From contig OY729416.1 in assembly GCA_963422265.1 (NCBI GenBank), positions 640,001 through 704,000 on the forward strand: DNA of 64,000 bases, in the 5' to 3' direction. Below, piece after piece: positions 10,436 to 19,964 of the stretch. Origin of the DNA: Thermodesulfobacteriota bacterium. Lineage in GTDB: Bacteria; Desulfobacterota_D; UBA1144; Nemesobacterales; UBA2774. The notes below the pieces were generated by a model that saw only the letters and a program-made list of their open reading frames with translations, did no database searches and had not been told where the DNA came from. Within the stretch, counting starts at the first letter, position 1. Each line of letters opens with the position of its first letter. A program made the position numbers and the translations under genes.

Positions 10436-11590
10436 TTAATATACCGTTCCTCTCTTATCCTCAATATATCTTCCTAGTCTTCGAATCCCTTCTTTGATGT
10501 CAGAAATTGACGTCGCATAAGAAAACCTTAAATATCCCTGCCCCCCATGCCCAAAATCTATACCCGGCGTGATTGCCACTTTGGCGCTTTCAAGAATGTC
10601 AAAGGATAGCGCGTGTGAGTCTTTGCCCAGTGCGGAAACATCAACAAACACGTAAAAGGCACCTTTAGGCTCAGCCTTTATAGTGAACCCTAGCCTCCTA
10701 AGCCCTTTAAGTATAGTTTTTCTTCTCTCATCAAAATACAGAACCCGCCTAGCCGCTTGGTTCTTTGCGTCCCTCAGGGCTTTGATCCCCGCGCGTTGGA
10801 CGAAAGGACTGACCGATATGAAAAGGTTTTGCTGAAGCTTCTGTAAAGGACGCACACATGCCTCGGGGACGATTAAATATCCAAGACGCCAACCAGTCAT
10901 TGAATAGAATTTGGAGAAACCATTCACAACGCAGGCGTTATCCGTATATCTAAGTATCGTGTTAACCTCTTCGCCATAAGTAAGCCCGTGATATATTTCA
11001 TCTGATATAACGTATATACCAAGCCCAGCAATTTTTTTAATAACTTCACCCCTGAGGACCATGCCCGTGGGATTTGCAGGCGAGTTGATTAGTATTGCCC
11101 TTGTTCTTGAAGTAATAGCCTTTTTAAGTCTGCTGATGTTGATCTGAAATCCTTCTTCCTCATAGATTCTGACTGTCTTTGGCACCCCCCCAGCAATTTT
11201 AATGATCTGTGGATAACACGCGTAGTAAGGGTCAGTAATAACAACCTCATCCCCGGGTTCAATGTGCGAAATCATAGACAGAAAAAGAGCGGGAGAACTA
11301 CCCATCGTAACCGCAACGCGGCTAGGTGATAAGTTAATGCCATATGCCCTTTTATAGTCTTCCGAGATCGCCTCGCGCAACTCAGGCATTCCCATACTAT
11401 GTGTGTACTTCGTATCACCCTCGTTGATAGCGGACTCAGCCTCTCGGCAGATAGGAGCAGGAGTAGGAAAATCAGGTTCACCAACCTCAAAATGTATAAT
11501 TCTATCCCCTTGGTGCTCAAGCTCCTTTGCCCTTTCCAACACGTCCATTACATAAAAAGGTGATATATCTTGAGAGAGCTTTGACGGCAT
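10436..11590 (-). CDS. Class I/II PLP-dependent aminotransferase
   Basis: GEPDF, NSPANPTG, SDEIY and SKFYSMTGWRLG motifs. Confidence 0.93.
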   Translation of the reverse strand: MPSKLSQDISPFYVMDVLERAKELEHQGDRIIHFEVGEPDFPTPAPICREAESAINEGDTKYTHSMGMPELREAISEDYKRAYGINLSPSRVAVTMGSSPALFLSMISHIEPGDEVVITDPYYACYPQIIKIAGGVPKTVRIYEEEGFQINISRLKKAITSRTRAILINSPANPTGMVLRGEVIKKIAGLGIYVISDEIYHGLTYGEEVNTILRYTDNACVVNGFSKFYSMTGWRLGYLIVPEACVRPLQKLQQNLFISVSPFVQRAGIKALRDAKNQAARRVLYFDERRKTILKGLRRLGFTIKAEPKGAFYVFVDVSALGKDSHALSFDILESAKVAITPGIDFGHGGQGYLRFSYATSISDIKEGIRRLGRYIEDKRGTVY

Positions 11591-11641
11591 GGGGAATTTT
11601 ATTCTAAGCTTAAAGGAAAAAGTTGTCCACAGGACGCTTCG

Positions 11642-12178
11642 TTACACTTTATTTCCTTTTCCTAGTGCTTTATCAATTTGCCTCTTAAGAAGCTCTCGTT
11701 TCAGCCTCTCGAGCCTGTCAAAGAAAAGCACGCCATCTAAATGGTCAATCTCGTGTTGAAGCACCCGCGCCATCAATTCTCTTGCATCAATCTGCACAGG
11801 ATTACCTCCACGGTCGTAACCATCTACTACCACGCTTGCTTTCCTTTTAACGTTACTCAGAAAACCCGGAACACTAAGGCATCCTTCCTCTCCTATGGCT
11901 TCTCCATCTGAGAAAACTATTTCTGGGTTGATTAGCTCAACAAGCCCGGATCTGTCGTATTCTTCTTTAGAATTCGGGTTTTTTGGTGTAGTATCAGCGA
12001 CTATTACCCTCTTGTTTACACCGACCTGAGGAGCAGCCAGCCCGACTCCCGGAGCCTCATACATTGTATCAGCCATATCATCTAAGAGCTTTAAGACGTC
12101 CCCGTCTATCTCTTCGACTGGCTTACATTTCTTCCTTAAAATGGGATTCGGATAAAGAAGGATTCTTAATAATACCAT
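11642..12178 (-). CDS. def: Peptide deformylase
   Basis: GVGLAAPQ, EGCLS and QHEIDHLDG motifs. Confidence 0.97.
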   Translation of the reverse strand: MVLLRILLYPNPILRKKCKPVEEIDGDVLKLLDDMADTMYEAPGVGLAAPQVGVNKRVIVADTTPKNPNSKEEYDRSGLVELINPEIVFSDGEAIGEEGCLSVPGFLSNVKRKASVVVDGYDRGGNPVQIDARELMARVLQHEIDHLDGVLFFDRLERLKRELLKRQIDKALGKGNKV

Positions 12179-12216
12179 AAAGGCTAAATGCTATCCGAGA
12201 GCACATTATTGTCAAT

Positions 12217-12495
12217 TTATTCACTGTCCAACTTGCCTATTAGCCCTCTGCTTGGTCTGAAGTGTGGGAGCTTTTTTTCAGAAACAATAACCTTTTCTCC
12301 CGTCTTTGGATTTCTCCCTTCATACGACCCGTAACTTTTTGTAAAGAAACTACCGAAGCCCCTTATCTCAATTCTTCCTCCCCGTTCGAGCACCTCTGTC
12401 ATATGATCTATTATAGTATTGAGAATTTGCTCGGATTGAGACGGCTGAAGATTAAACTCATTTGCCAGCTCTCTTTCAATTTCTGATCTCTTCAT
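12217..12495 (-). CDS. ihfB: Integration host factor beta / HU-family DNA-binding protein
   Basis: RIEIRGFGSF, GRNPKTGE and PHFRP motifs. Confidence 0.8.
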   Translation of the reverse strand: MKRSEIERELANEFNLQPSQSEQILNTIIDHMTEVLERGGRIEIRGFGSFFTKSYGSYEGRNPKTGEKVIVSEKKLPHFRPSRGLIGKLDSE

Positions 12496-12546
12496 AGAAT
12501 ATATCTACCTGCAGCGGTAAAAGCACACAACTCAACCCCAAGTGCC

Positions 12547-12575
12547 ATTGTAGATAGTTGTTGAATGTTTGTCAA
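12547..12575 (-). promoter_or_regulatory. Sigma70-type promoter for ihfB
   Basis: Minus strand TTGACA-17 nt-TACAAT, about 50 nt upstream of the start codon. Confidence 0.7.
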
Positions 12576-12790
12576 ACTTTGTATGGGTAAAAAGGATTCG
12601 TCTAAACTAAAACCCTGCTAACAATGTGGCGTTTGTTTTCTATCTGCATTTATTCGTATTCCTTATCCCCATATGTCGTAAGCAGGGAGGTGCAACACCC
12701 CGATAACCGCATTTAGGGACATGCACACGGAACTATTTTGTCTGACTAAATCCTAAGACGAAGGAAGTCCTTGAGCTAGATGTTATAAAC

Positions 12791-13459
12791 TTACTTAGTA
12801 ATACGGTATCTTTCGTCATAACCGGTAGGTTTACTATAATCGCCTTCTATAAACATCTCCCTTGCGGGATCGATCTTCTCGGTGTTTCTTCTCTTATCAA
12901 GCTCATCTTCATATTTAGCTTCACTTAAAGCCCTGTAAGTGTATTCTATTTTCATAGTATTATCCTTTTTATTAGTGTGAAGGACGAGCTTTACCTTAGG
13001 TGTTTGCCACGTCCAAGAGTTAAAATAGAGCATACTATCTTCATCATTGGGCTTGCCGTATCGTTCATTTAAGTAATTTATGAGCTTATTCCTCAACTCC
13101 ACCCGCTCTAAAGCACTAAGGCTAACAAAACTAAGTGAGGTTGACAGTAACTTCTTATCATAAAATTCAAGAACTGTATGGACTTCCTTGCCATTTATAT
13201 CTAAAGGTAAATCAACCACCACGCCATGAATAACAATCGTTCTTATCTCCTTAGAGTCAACATTATTTTGCACTATGGCCTTGTGATTAGAATCAATAAT
13301 TCTCATAGCCTCCTTTTTAGAAATTTTGAACTGAAAACCCAAAGGTGCAAGATCAGTTCCCGGACTGGAGTTGGGGACTTGGTTTTGAGCCAAAGATACA
13401 GTGGAAACAAGAAAGAAAGACAAAATAAAAACCATATATGGCATCCTAACTAAACGCAT
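12791..13459 (-). CDS. Hypothetical exported protein
   Basis: 222-aa ORF with Sec signal peptide (ending VSLA-Q) and GGAGA SD. Confidence 0.75.
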   Translation of the reverse strand: MRLVRMPYMVFILSFFLVSTVSLAQNQVPNSSPGTDLAPLGFQFKISKKEAMRIIDSNHKAIVQNNVDSKEIRTIVIHGVVVDLPLDINGKEVHTVLEFYDKKLLSTSLSFVSLSALERVELRNKLINYLNERYGKPNDEDSMLYFNSWTWQTPKVKLVLHTNKKDNTMKIEYTYRALSEAKYEDELDKRRNTEKIDPAREMFIEGDYSKPTGYDERYRITK

Positions 13460-13564
13460 TATACAATTCTCCTTAATCTCTTAGTAATTTTTAGCTATTA
13501 GTTAAGTTAAGTTACGATTAAAATATAAAGTGAATGGAGAAAATCAAGTATATAGAAAATCAAA

Positions 13565-14026
13565 ATGCTTAAAACAATCGGAGTAATTGGGGCAAGTGAG
13601 CCTTCGGAAGAAGAATATAAAATTGCCCAAGAAGTGGGTAGGGAGATCGCTCGGAGGAAATGTGGTCTTGTTTGTGGAGGTATGGGGGGTGTGATGCAAG
13701 CCGCCTGCCTCGGAGCAAAGAGCGCTGGCGGTCTCACGATAGGAATCATTCCCGGAACGGAGAAGAGTGAAACCAACTCCTATGTTGACGTTCCGATAAT
13801 TACGGGGATGGGACACGGAAGGAACGTTATTGTAGTTCGCTCAAGCGACTCAATAATTGCAATAGGCGGTAGCTACGGTACATTATCAGAGATAGCGTTT
13901 GCCCTTAGGCTTAAAATACCCGTCATAGGAATAAGCACCTGGAATGTGTCTTCGAACATCGAGAAAGCCGAGAATCCGAAAGAAGCGGTGGATATGGCTT
14001 TTGGGCGTTGTGGTTCTAGCCTTTAA
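13565..14026 (+). CDS. TIGR00725-family (LOG/Rossmann-like) protein
   Basis: LVCGGMGGVM, TGMGHGRN and GGSYGTLSEIA motifs. Confidence 0.88.
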   Translation: MLKTIGVIGASEPSEEEYKIAQEVGREIARRKCGLVCGGMGGVMQAACLGAKSAGGLTIGIIPGTEKSETNSYVDVPIITGMGHGRNVIVVRSSDSIIAIGGSYGTLSEIAFALRLKIPVIGISTWNVSSNIEKAENPKEAVDMAFGRCGSSL

Positions 14027-14672
14027 CGGAGGTTGCGGTGAGAAGCCTTGGCCCGCGCCTACACTCTCAACTTCTAAAGTGTATAATAAAAAACTCAAGC
14101 GATGCCTAAAGAGCAGATCCTCTATCAGCAAAGCAGGTTACCATTACCATAGGCTCAAGCGCGGAGAAACCTTATACAAGGTGTCTAAAATCTATGGGAT
14201 TACAGTAAATGAGCTTATAGAGCTCAACAACATCTCGGATCATACAGATATAGATACCGGGACGAACTTGATAATAGCAAAAACTAGAGCATACAGCGGA
14301 ATGATTTGGCCGGTTACCGGTAGAATATCCTCGCACTACGGACCTCGCTGGGGAAGTTTCCACCAAGGCATTGACATAGCTGCACCAAAAGGCACGCCGA
14401 TTCGGGCAGCCTCTAATGGACTTGTTATAACCAGCATAAATAAATCAAAAAGATATTCTAAATATGGGAAAACTATAATAATAGAACACGCAAATGGGAT
14501 AAGAACTCTATACGCTCATAACAATAAAAACAAAGTTAAAGCCGGAGAGTGCGTCAAATCAGGGGAAATAATTGGTTCGGTAGGCTCCACGGGCAACGCT
14601 ACAGGAAATCATCTTCACTTTGAAGTAAGAAAAAATGGAAGACCTTCAAACCCGACAAACTACTTACAGTAA
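13944..14672 (+). CDS. LysM + M23 peptidase lipoprotein (NlpD-like)
   Basis: Basic/hydrophobic signal ending in GGC, LysM domain (GETLYKVSKIYG), HQGIDI, YAH and HLHFE motifs; exact start uncertain. Confidence 0.85.
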   Translation: MCLRTSRKPRIRKKRWIWLLGVVVLAFNGGCGEKPWPAPTLSTSKVYNKKLKRCLKSRSSISKAGYHYHRLKRGETLYKVSKIYGITVNELIELNNISDHTDIDTGTNLIIAKTRAYSGMIWPVTGRISSHYGPRWGSFHQGIDIAAPKGTPIRAASNGLVITSINKSKRYSKYGKTIIIEHANGIRTLYAHNNKNKVKAGECVKSGEIIGSVGSTGNATGNHLHFEVRKNGRPSNPTNYLQ

Positions 14673-14690
14673 GCGAAAAGGAGTAAACCA

Positions 14691-15212
14691 ATAGACTATC
14701 TTAAAACCTATATTAGGAACATACCCAATTTCCCCAAAAAAGGAATAACCTTTCACGATATTACTCCCCTTCTCCAAAATGCAAAGGCTTTTGAGGATGC
14801 TATAGGTGCCATGGCAAAAATACTGAAAGGAAAGGATATAGATTATCTAGTTGGCGTTGAGGCAAGAGGATTTATATTCGCTTCCGCCCTTGCGCTACAA
14901 CTTGGTACTGGACTTGTAATCGTGAGGAAGCCCGGAAAGCTGCCCTACTTGACTATAAACGCATCCTATGATCTCGAATACGGATCAGATACGCTGGAAG
15001 TGCACAGGGACGCTATAGATGATGGGGGTAAAATAGTGTTAATTGATGACCTCCTCGCAACTGGGGGTACGGCGAAAGCGGTGGGTGATCTTATTGGAAA
15101 GCTTAGAGGAGAAATCCTGGGCTACTGCTTCCTGGTTGAGCTAACGGAGCTCGGTGGAAAGGAAAGGCTGGCGCCGCACACCGTCTGGTCAGTGTTAAAA
15201 TATCCGGTGTGA
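14691..15212 (+). CDS. apt: Adenine phosphoribosyltransferase (probable ATA start)
   Basis: The conserved N-terminus IRNIPNFPKKGITFHDITPLL lies in frame upstream of the track's ATG 14811; EARGF, RKPGKLP, LEYG and DDLLATGGT motifs. Confidence 0.93.
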   Translation: MDYLKTYIRNIPNFPKKGITFHDITPLLQNAKAFEDAIGAMAKILKGKDIDYLVGVEARGFIFASALALQLGTGLVIVRKPGKLPYLTINASYDLEYGSDTLEVHRDAIDDGGKIVLIDDLLATGGTAKAVGDLIGKLRGEILGYCFLVELTELGGKERLAPHTVWSVLKYPV

Positions 15213-15253
15213 AAAACTAATTAAAATCTGAATTGGATTCGAACAAAGGGAAA

Positions 15254-16348
15254 ATGGAAAAAATCCGAGTTAACTTAAATAAAACCGAAGATAAATCCTA
15301 TGGAATCATTATCAAAAATGGAATATTGCAAGACGTGGCGAAGGACTTAAAAGAATCGGACATAGCTCATAAATACATAATAGTTACCGACTCAAACGTA
15401 GAACCACTCTATGGAGAGAAACTACTGTTAGAGTTTGAGAAAGAAGGTCTTAATACCGATATGATTTCTTTTTCGGCAGGAGAGAAATACAAGAACAGGG
15501 ACACTAAAGAATCAATAGAAAACTTTATGCTTGAAAGAAAATTCGGTAGAGACTCAGCAGTTGTAGCACTCGGAGGTGGAGTAGTAGGAGATATGGCGGG
15601 CTACGTCGCCGCTACATATATGCGAGGAGTTCCCTACGTTCAGGTTCCCACTACACTTCTGGCTTGCGTTGATAGTTCAATAGGTGGCAAGACTGCCGTT
15701 GACACTAAGCACGGAAAGAATCTAATAGGCGCCTTTCATCAGCCGCGCAAGGTTTATATAGACGTTGACACGCTCATAACACTTGAGGAAAAGGAGATGA
15801 AAGAAGGACTCGCCGAAGTAATTAAATATGGCGTGATTAGGGATGGTGAGCTATTTGCCTTTCTCGAAGAAAATATAAAAGGCGTATTCTTATACAATAA
15901 AAGAGCATTAGTCCATATTATTAAAGTGGGATGTAAAATCAAAGGACAAATTGTAGAGCAAGATGAAAGAGAATCTGGACTGAGAAAAATACTAAACTTC
16001 GGTCATACTATAGGCCACGCTGTAGAAAATCTTTCAGGATACGAATTATCTCATGGAGAGGCAATATCTATCGGTATGATTGTGGAAGGAAGACTGGCGG
16101 TCGCAATGAAACTTCTTCAAAACCATGAGCTGTCAAGGCTAACCGAGCTTATGAAAAAAGCGGGATTACCCACTGAAATCCCTAAAGGCATTGAGATGTC
16201 TAATATAATAGAAGCTATGAAGCTGGATAAAAAATCAAGAAGTGGGCAAATTGAGATGGCTTTACCTAAAGAAATAGGATGCATGGCGCAGGTGAACGGA
16301 AACTACGGGCTGAAGGTTGACGAATCGTTAATCGCCAATGTAACTTAG
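15254..16348 (+). CDS. aroB: 3-dehydroquinate synthase
   Basis: GGGVVGD, PTTLLACVDSSIGGK, LNFGHTIGHAVE, HGEA and DKK motifs. Confidence 0.96.
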   Translation: MEKIRVNLNKTEDKSYGIIIKNGILQDVAKDLKESDIAHKYIIVTDSNVEPLYGEKLLLEFEKEGLNTDMISFSAGEKYKNRDTKESIENFMLERKFGRDSAVVALGGGVVGDMAGYVAATYMRGVPYVQVPTTLLACVDSSIGGKTAVDTKHGKNLIGAFHQPRKVYIDVDTLITLEEKEMKEGLAEVIKYGVIRDGELFAFLEENIKGVFLYNKRALVHIIKVGCKIKGQIVEQDERESGLRKILNFGHTIGHAVENLSGYELSHGEAISIGMIVEGRLAVAMKLLQNHELSRLTELMKKAGLPTEIPKGIEMSNIIEAMKLDKKSRSGQIEMALPKEIGCMAQVNGNYGLKVDESLIANVT

Positions 16349-16367
16349 CATCTCGTTAGACTCAACA

Positions 16368-16994
16368 ATGTTGGACATAAACACATTAGAAGATCCAAAC
16401 GCCGCACTGGATGTTTCAGATTGTCCTATTCCATTGCCCCTCGATGAATTATTCAGAAACGAAGGGGACCTCGCGATTGAAATCGGTTCTGGATACGGTG
16501 AGTTCCTAACCGAGATGGCACTCATCCACAGGGAGAAAAACTTTCTCGGAATTGAGGTTAAAAGCAAGAGATTCAGAAAAGCCGTAAAGAAAGCCAACAG
16601 CCAAAACATATCCAATATCAGATTTCTTCACATGGACGCCAATATTGCCGCAGAGGAGTTATTTTATCCCAATACGATATCGCTCGCTTACGTTAATTTC
16701 CCCGATCCATGGCACAAGGACAAACATAAAAAACATAGAATAATAAACCGTCAATTTCTTGAAGTTCTTTCTAGGACTATGAAAAGGAACGCTTGCCTTG
16801 AAATAGTCAGCGACTACCATGAATATATGTTATACACCACTGAAATCTTGAACGGCGTGGATTGTTTTAATGGTCTATGCAGCAAGCCTACATGCCTGCG
16901 AGGTGATCCAGAGAGACCTATGACAAAGTATGAAAAGAAGTTTAGGTTGGAAGGTAGAGAAATCTACTATCTCAAGTTTACAAACGTAAAATGA
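16368..16994 (+). CDS. trmB: tRNA (guanine-N7)-methyltransferase
   Basis: EIGSGYG, NFPDPW.K.KH.KHR and TKYE motifs. Confidence 0.93.
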   Translation: MLDINTLEDPNAALDVSDCPIPLPLDELFRNEGDLAIEIGSGYGEFLTEMALIHREKNFLGIEVKSKRFRKAVKKANSQNISNIRFLHMDANIAAEELFYPNTISLAYVNFPDPWHKDKHKKHRIINRQFLEVLSRTMKRNACLEIVSDYHEYMLYTTEILNGVDCFNGLCSKPTCLRGDPERPMTKYEKKFRLEGREIYYLKFTNVK

Positions 16995-17079
16995 TTCAAG
17001 ATAATACTCATCAAGGTTTTTCTTCTATAATCCACTATAAATCAAACTGTCCGCCGTGTTTATAAGGAGGATGCTAAAT

Positions 17080-17355
17080 ATGAGAATGCTTATGAAACCG
17101 ATACTCGCCATCTTTAACGGTCTTTTTGTCGCAAGCTGCGCTGGGGGAGAAGATGGGCCAGGATACCTGTTTCACATTATTTTTATCGTAGTCCCTCTAA
17201 TAGCTATAGGCATTCTACTTTTGAGAAGAACCGAGAGCACAAATGATTCACTTTACATAGTGGAAGGACAGCTAAAAAGACTATCTTCCAAATTAGACGT
17301 TTTAGAAAAGAAAGTGAGCGAGGGGGAGGAGAAAGGAAAGAATGATGAGAAGTAA
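17080..17355 (+). CDS. Small hypothetical membrane lipoprotein
   Basis: AAGGAGG SD, lipobox-like VASC, one TM helix and a coiled-coil tail. Confidence 0.65.
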   Translation: MRMLMKPILAIFNGLFVASCAGGEDGPGYLFHIIFIVVPLIAIGILLLRRTESTNDSLYIVEGQLKRLSSKLDVLEKKVSEGEEKGKNDEK

Positions 17356-17493
17356 AAGGTTCAGCCCAACTTTTATAGACAAGGCAGTATTGCAAATTCT
17401 AAGATGAAGCTTTTACAAGCATGGTAGGTATCTGACAATCCATTGAAAGCATTGATATAAAATAAAGAATATTAAAACTGTAAATTGAAAAGT

Positions 17494-17781
17494 TCAGGCG
17501 GTATAACCCCACTTTTTGAATTGTTTTTGCAGTTCAAGATCACTTTTGAATGCCTGAAAATAGACATATTCCGGAGCTAGATCAGCTCCATTTGGCCAAA
17601 CAATAGTTTCCAGCTCCTTATCTACCGTAAAAGCTGAAAATTTCGATTTATCTTTTAAGGGTTCAAACATAGGGCCTTGCAAGGTGTCCGTTAAATCCGC
17701 TATAATTATGCGACCGTTATTAAACGATACCTCTACCCTGTAGTCACCCAAATATCTAGCATTAGTAAAGTGAAGAAACAT
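17494..17781 (-). CDS. DUF2442-family protein (putative toxin-antitoxin component)
   Basis: YLGDYRVEVSFNNG, PMFEPLKD and TIVWPNGADLAPE segments. Confidence 0.85.
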   Translation of the reverse strand: MFLHFTNARYLGDYRVEVSFNNGRIIIADLTDTLQGPMFEPLKDKSKFSAFTVDKELETIVWPNGADLAPEYVYFQAFKSDLELQKQFKKWGYTA

Positions 17782-17786
17782 AATTA

Positions 17787-18044
17787 TTACTCTAACGGCT
17801 CAATTGGTTTTGGCGCCCCATCTTTTTCGCAAAGCTTCCAGTTTTCAATCAATTCATCTCTATGCAGGTCATACCATTCGAGAACATGTCTTAATGCTTG
17901 CTTTGGAAATTTACCCTCTACTAAACCAGTGATAATACCTACGGTGATCTCATATTCCGCATATTTAGCATGAAAATATGGTGGCGCATGATCATCCCAA
18001 TACATAGCGATAATTATCCCAAGAAATCTGCTTATTACCAGCAT
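17787..18044 (-). CDS. DUF4160-family protein (putative toxin-antitoxin component)
   Basis: ISRFLGIIIAMY..DH.PP.FHA, EW..LH..EL..NW and PKPIEPL; tandem with DUF2442. Confidence 0.85.
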   Translation of the reverse strand: MLVISRFLGIIIAMYWDDHAPPYFHAKYAEYEITVGIITGLVEGKFPKQALRHVLEWYDLHRDELIENWKLCEKDGAPKPIEPLE

Positions 18045-18078
18045 CGCAGTATTCTTAAAATTCATGTCTGACTAATTT

Positions 18079-18110
18079 GAAGTAGCCCCTCCAAGAAGTA
18101 GCCCCTCCAA
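18079..18110. repeat. Perfect 16-bp tandem duplication GAAGTAGCCCCTCCAA x2
   Basis: Directly visible at 18079-18094 and 18095-18110. Confidence 0.9.
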
Positions 18111-18350
18111 ATAGATAGATTCAATCACACTTTGTAAACATCTAAAACTATGTAGCATCATTATAAATGACTATATTTACTAAATAAAAATATACAACTC
18201 GCTTCTGAAGCAAAGGAGAAAGAATTTACTTAGAAGCACTGAAGTGGATCAAACTGATTTGGGTCATTTTTGTAACGTTCTCTGTTGGAAGACTTCTTGT
18301 CAGAATAAAGCACAAGCAACAGGTAACAACAAGAGTATTTGCTTATCTGG

Positions 18351-19103
18351 CTAACTCCGAATTTCCACCTTTTTTAATTTCTCCTTCGTATTCGGGGAGT
18401 ACCAAACGTCAACAAACTCAGCGATTGTATATCGTTCTTCTCTTTCTATCTTCTCTAACGTCCCCCTCTTCAGAAGCCCTTTCACCCTTTTAAATGCCTC
18501 AGCATCCTTAGCGGCAAAATCAAGCGCAACCTTACTCACAGCTTGCTCAAATTCCTCTCCGGACGCACATTCATCAACCAAACCCATAGCAAGGGCTTGT
18601 TCAGCGGAATACATTGAGCCCGTGTAAAATACGTGCTCTGCACTCTTACTCCCGACCGCATATCTAAGCATTTCTACTACGCTTGTAAATAAGGTTGAGC
18701 CTAACGTCATCTCATTAAGGGCGATTTTTGACTTGCCAGATACCATTATCCGATAGTCGCAGGATAAGCTCAGCACGGCTCCTCCAGCTATGGCATGTCC
18801 GTTGATGGCTGCGATTACTGGTTTCTCAAACATGAAAATATCTTTAATTAACTCAGAAAACATCGTTACGTAATTATGAAAATCTTCCTTACTATGGTTC
18901 ATAAACCCCGGCACATCAAACCCAAAGGAAAAGAAACTTCCCTCACCCGTCAACACGACCGCCCCAACGCTAGAATCTCTTAAGAAACTACAAAAGACGT
19001 CTGTTAGCTCTTTTACTACCACTTCATTTAAGGCGTTCACTTTAGGTCTATTGAGCTTTACTGTAGCTACATTCTGAGATTTAGATAATTCAACGAAATC
19101 CAT
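18351..19103 (-). CDS. Enoyl-CoA hydratase/isomerase family protein
   Basis: LNRPKVNAL, FSFGFDV, KPVIAAINGHAIAGG and CDYR motifs; GGAGG SD. Confidence 0.92.
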   Translation of the reverse strand: MDFVELSKSQNVATVKLNRPKVNALNEVVVKELTDVFCSFLRDSSVGAVVLTGEGSFFSFGFDVPGFMNHSKEDFHNYVTMFSELIKDIFMFEKPVIAAINGHAIAGGAVLSLSCDYRIMVSGKSKIALNEMTLGSTLFTSVVEMLRYAVGSKSAEHVFYTGSMYSAEQALAMGLVDECASGEEFEQAVSKVALDFAAKDAEAFKRVKGLLKRGTLEKIEREERYTIAEFVDVWYSPNTKEKLKKVEIRS

Positions 19104-19316
19104 AATAACCTCCTTGAGTTAACCTTGCTAACTTTCAATTATCTCATCGATGAGCAGATACGGCAATAACTTCCTACTATACAAAACACATTTTAAGGTT
19201 AAACTAGAAGCGAATTATGGAGGATATGCAGAAATTGAGAGTGTTGGTAAGTTTTATGTAATTTTTAAACTCTTACGAGAACGACAGCCTATTTGCCACC
19301 AACAGGAGGTTATTTA

Positions 19317-19700
19317 ATGAAGAAACTGATAACAATAACGTTAATGATGCTCACTTTATTAGCAGTACCCCTCAATAATGGCAAGGCTAAAGAAGGCAGC
19401 CCTGCGGCTGGCAAGGAGCAATATCAAAATATATGCGCGTCTTGCCATGGACCTGGAGGTAAAGGAGACGGAATTGCATCGGCTGCGCTTGAGCCAAAAC
19501 CAAGGGACCTAAGCAATGCTAAATATGTATCTGCCCTGAGTGACAAGCATCTGTTCAAGGTAATTAAGGAGGGTGGAGCATCAGTAGGTCTGTCTCCTAT
19601 GATGGCAGCTTGGGGAGGTGTCTTGTCAGATCAGAAGATATGGGACGTTATCGCATATATACGTCAGGATATCTGCAAGTGTAACTACCAGAAAAAATAA
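19317..19700 (+). CDS. Periplasmic monoheme cytochrome c
   Basis: Signal peptide, CASCH heme motif, distal Met (PMMAAW), AGGAGG SD. Confidence 0.92.
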   Translation: MKKLITITLMMLTLLAVPLNNGKAKEGSPAAGKEQYQNICASCHGPGGKGDGIASAALEPKPRDLSNAKYVSALSDKHLFKVIKEGGASVGLSPMMAAWGGVLSDQKIWDVIAYIRQDICKCNYQKK

Positions 19701-19791
19701 GAGTGACGTTAGTAGCCGGCGCGCGGTGAATACCCTACTAACCAATGTTTACTGCTAAAATCTTTTACCAATTCCTAAGATGATAGAATCA

Positions 19792-19883
19792 GGAGAGGTG
19801 ACCGAGCGGCTGAAGGTGCACGCCTGGAAAGCGTGTAGGGGGTTAACGCTCCCTCGAGGGTTCGAATCCCTCCCTCTCCGCCA
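19792..19883 (+). tRNA. tRNA-Ser(GGA)
   Basis: GGAGAGG/CCTCTCC acceptor stem, anticodon arm CACGC-CTGGAAA-GCGTG, long variable arm, GGTTCGAATCC T-loop, encoded CCA. Confidence 0.97.
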
Positions 19884-19964
19884 TCAAACCAACCACTATT
19901 CAATTTCTTCATTATTTGCGATGCTATCAGGGAAATACCCTTAGTTTCAGACTTCCTTTATTAA

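Noticed and set aside
12700-12780. Possible 6S RNA
   Set aside because: I could not build the long rod with a central bubble by eye, and the usual neighbouring genes are absent.
19708-19742. GTTAGTAG...CTACTAAC inverted repeat after the cytochrome c gene
   Set aside because: An 8-bp stem with a 19-nt loop and no adjacent U-tract is too weak to call as a terminator or RNA.
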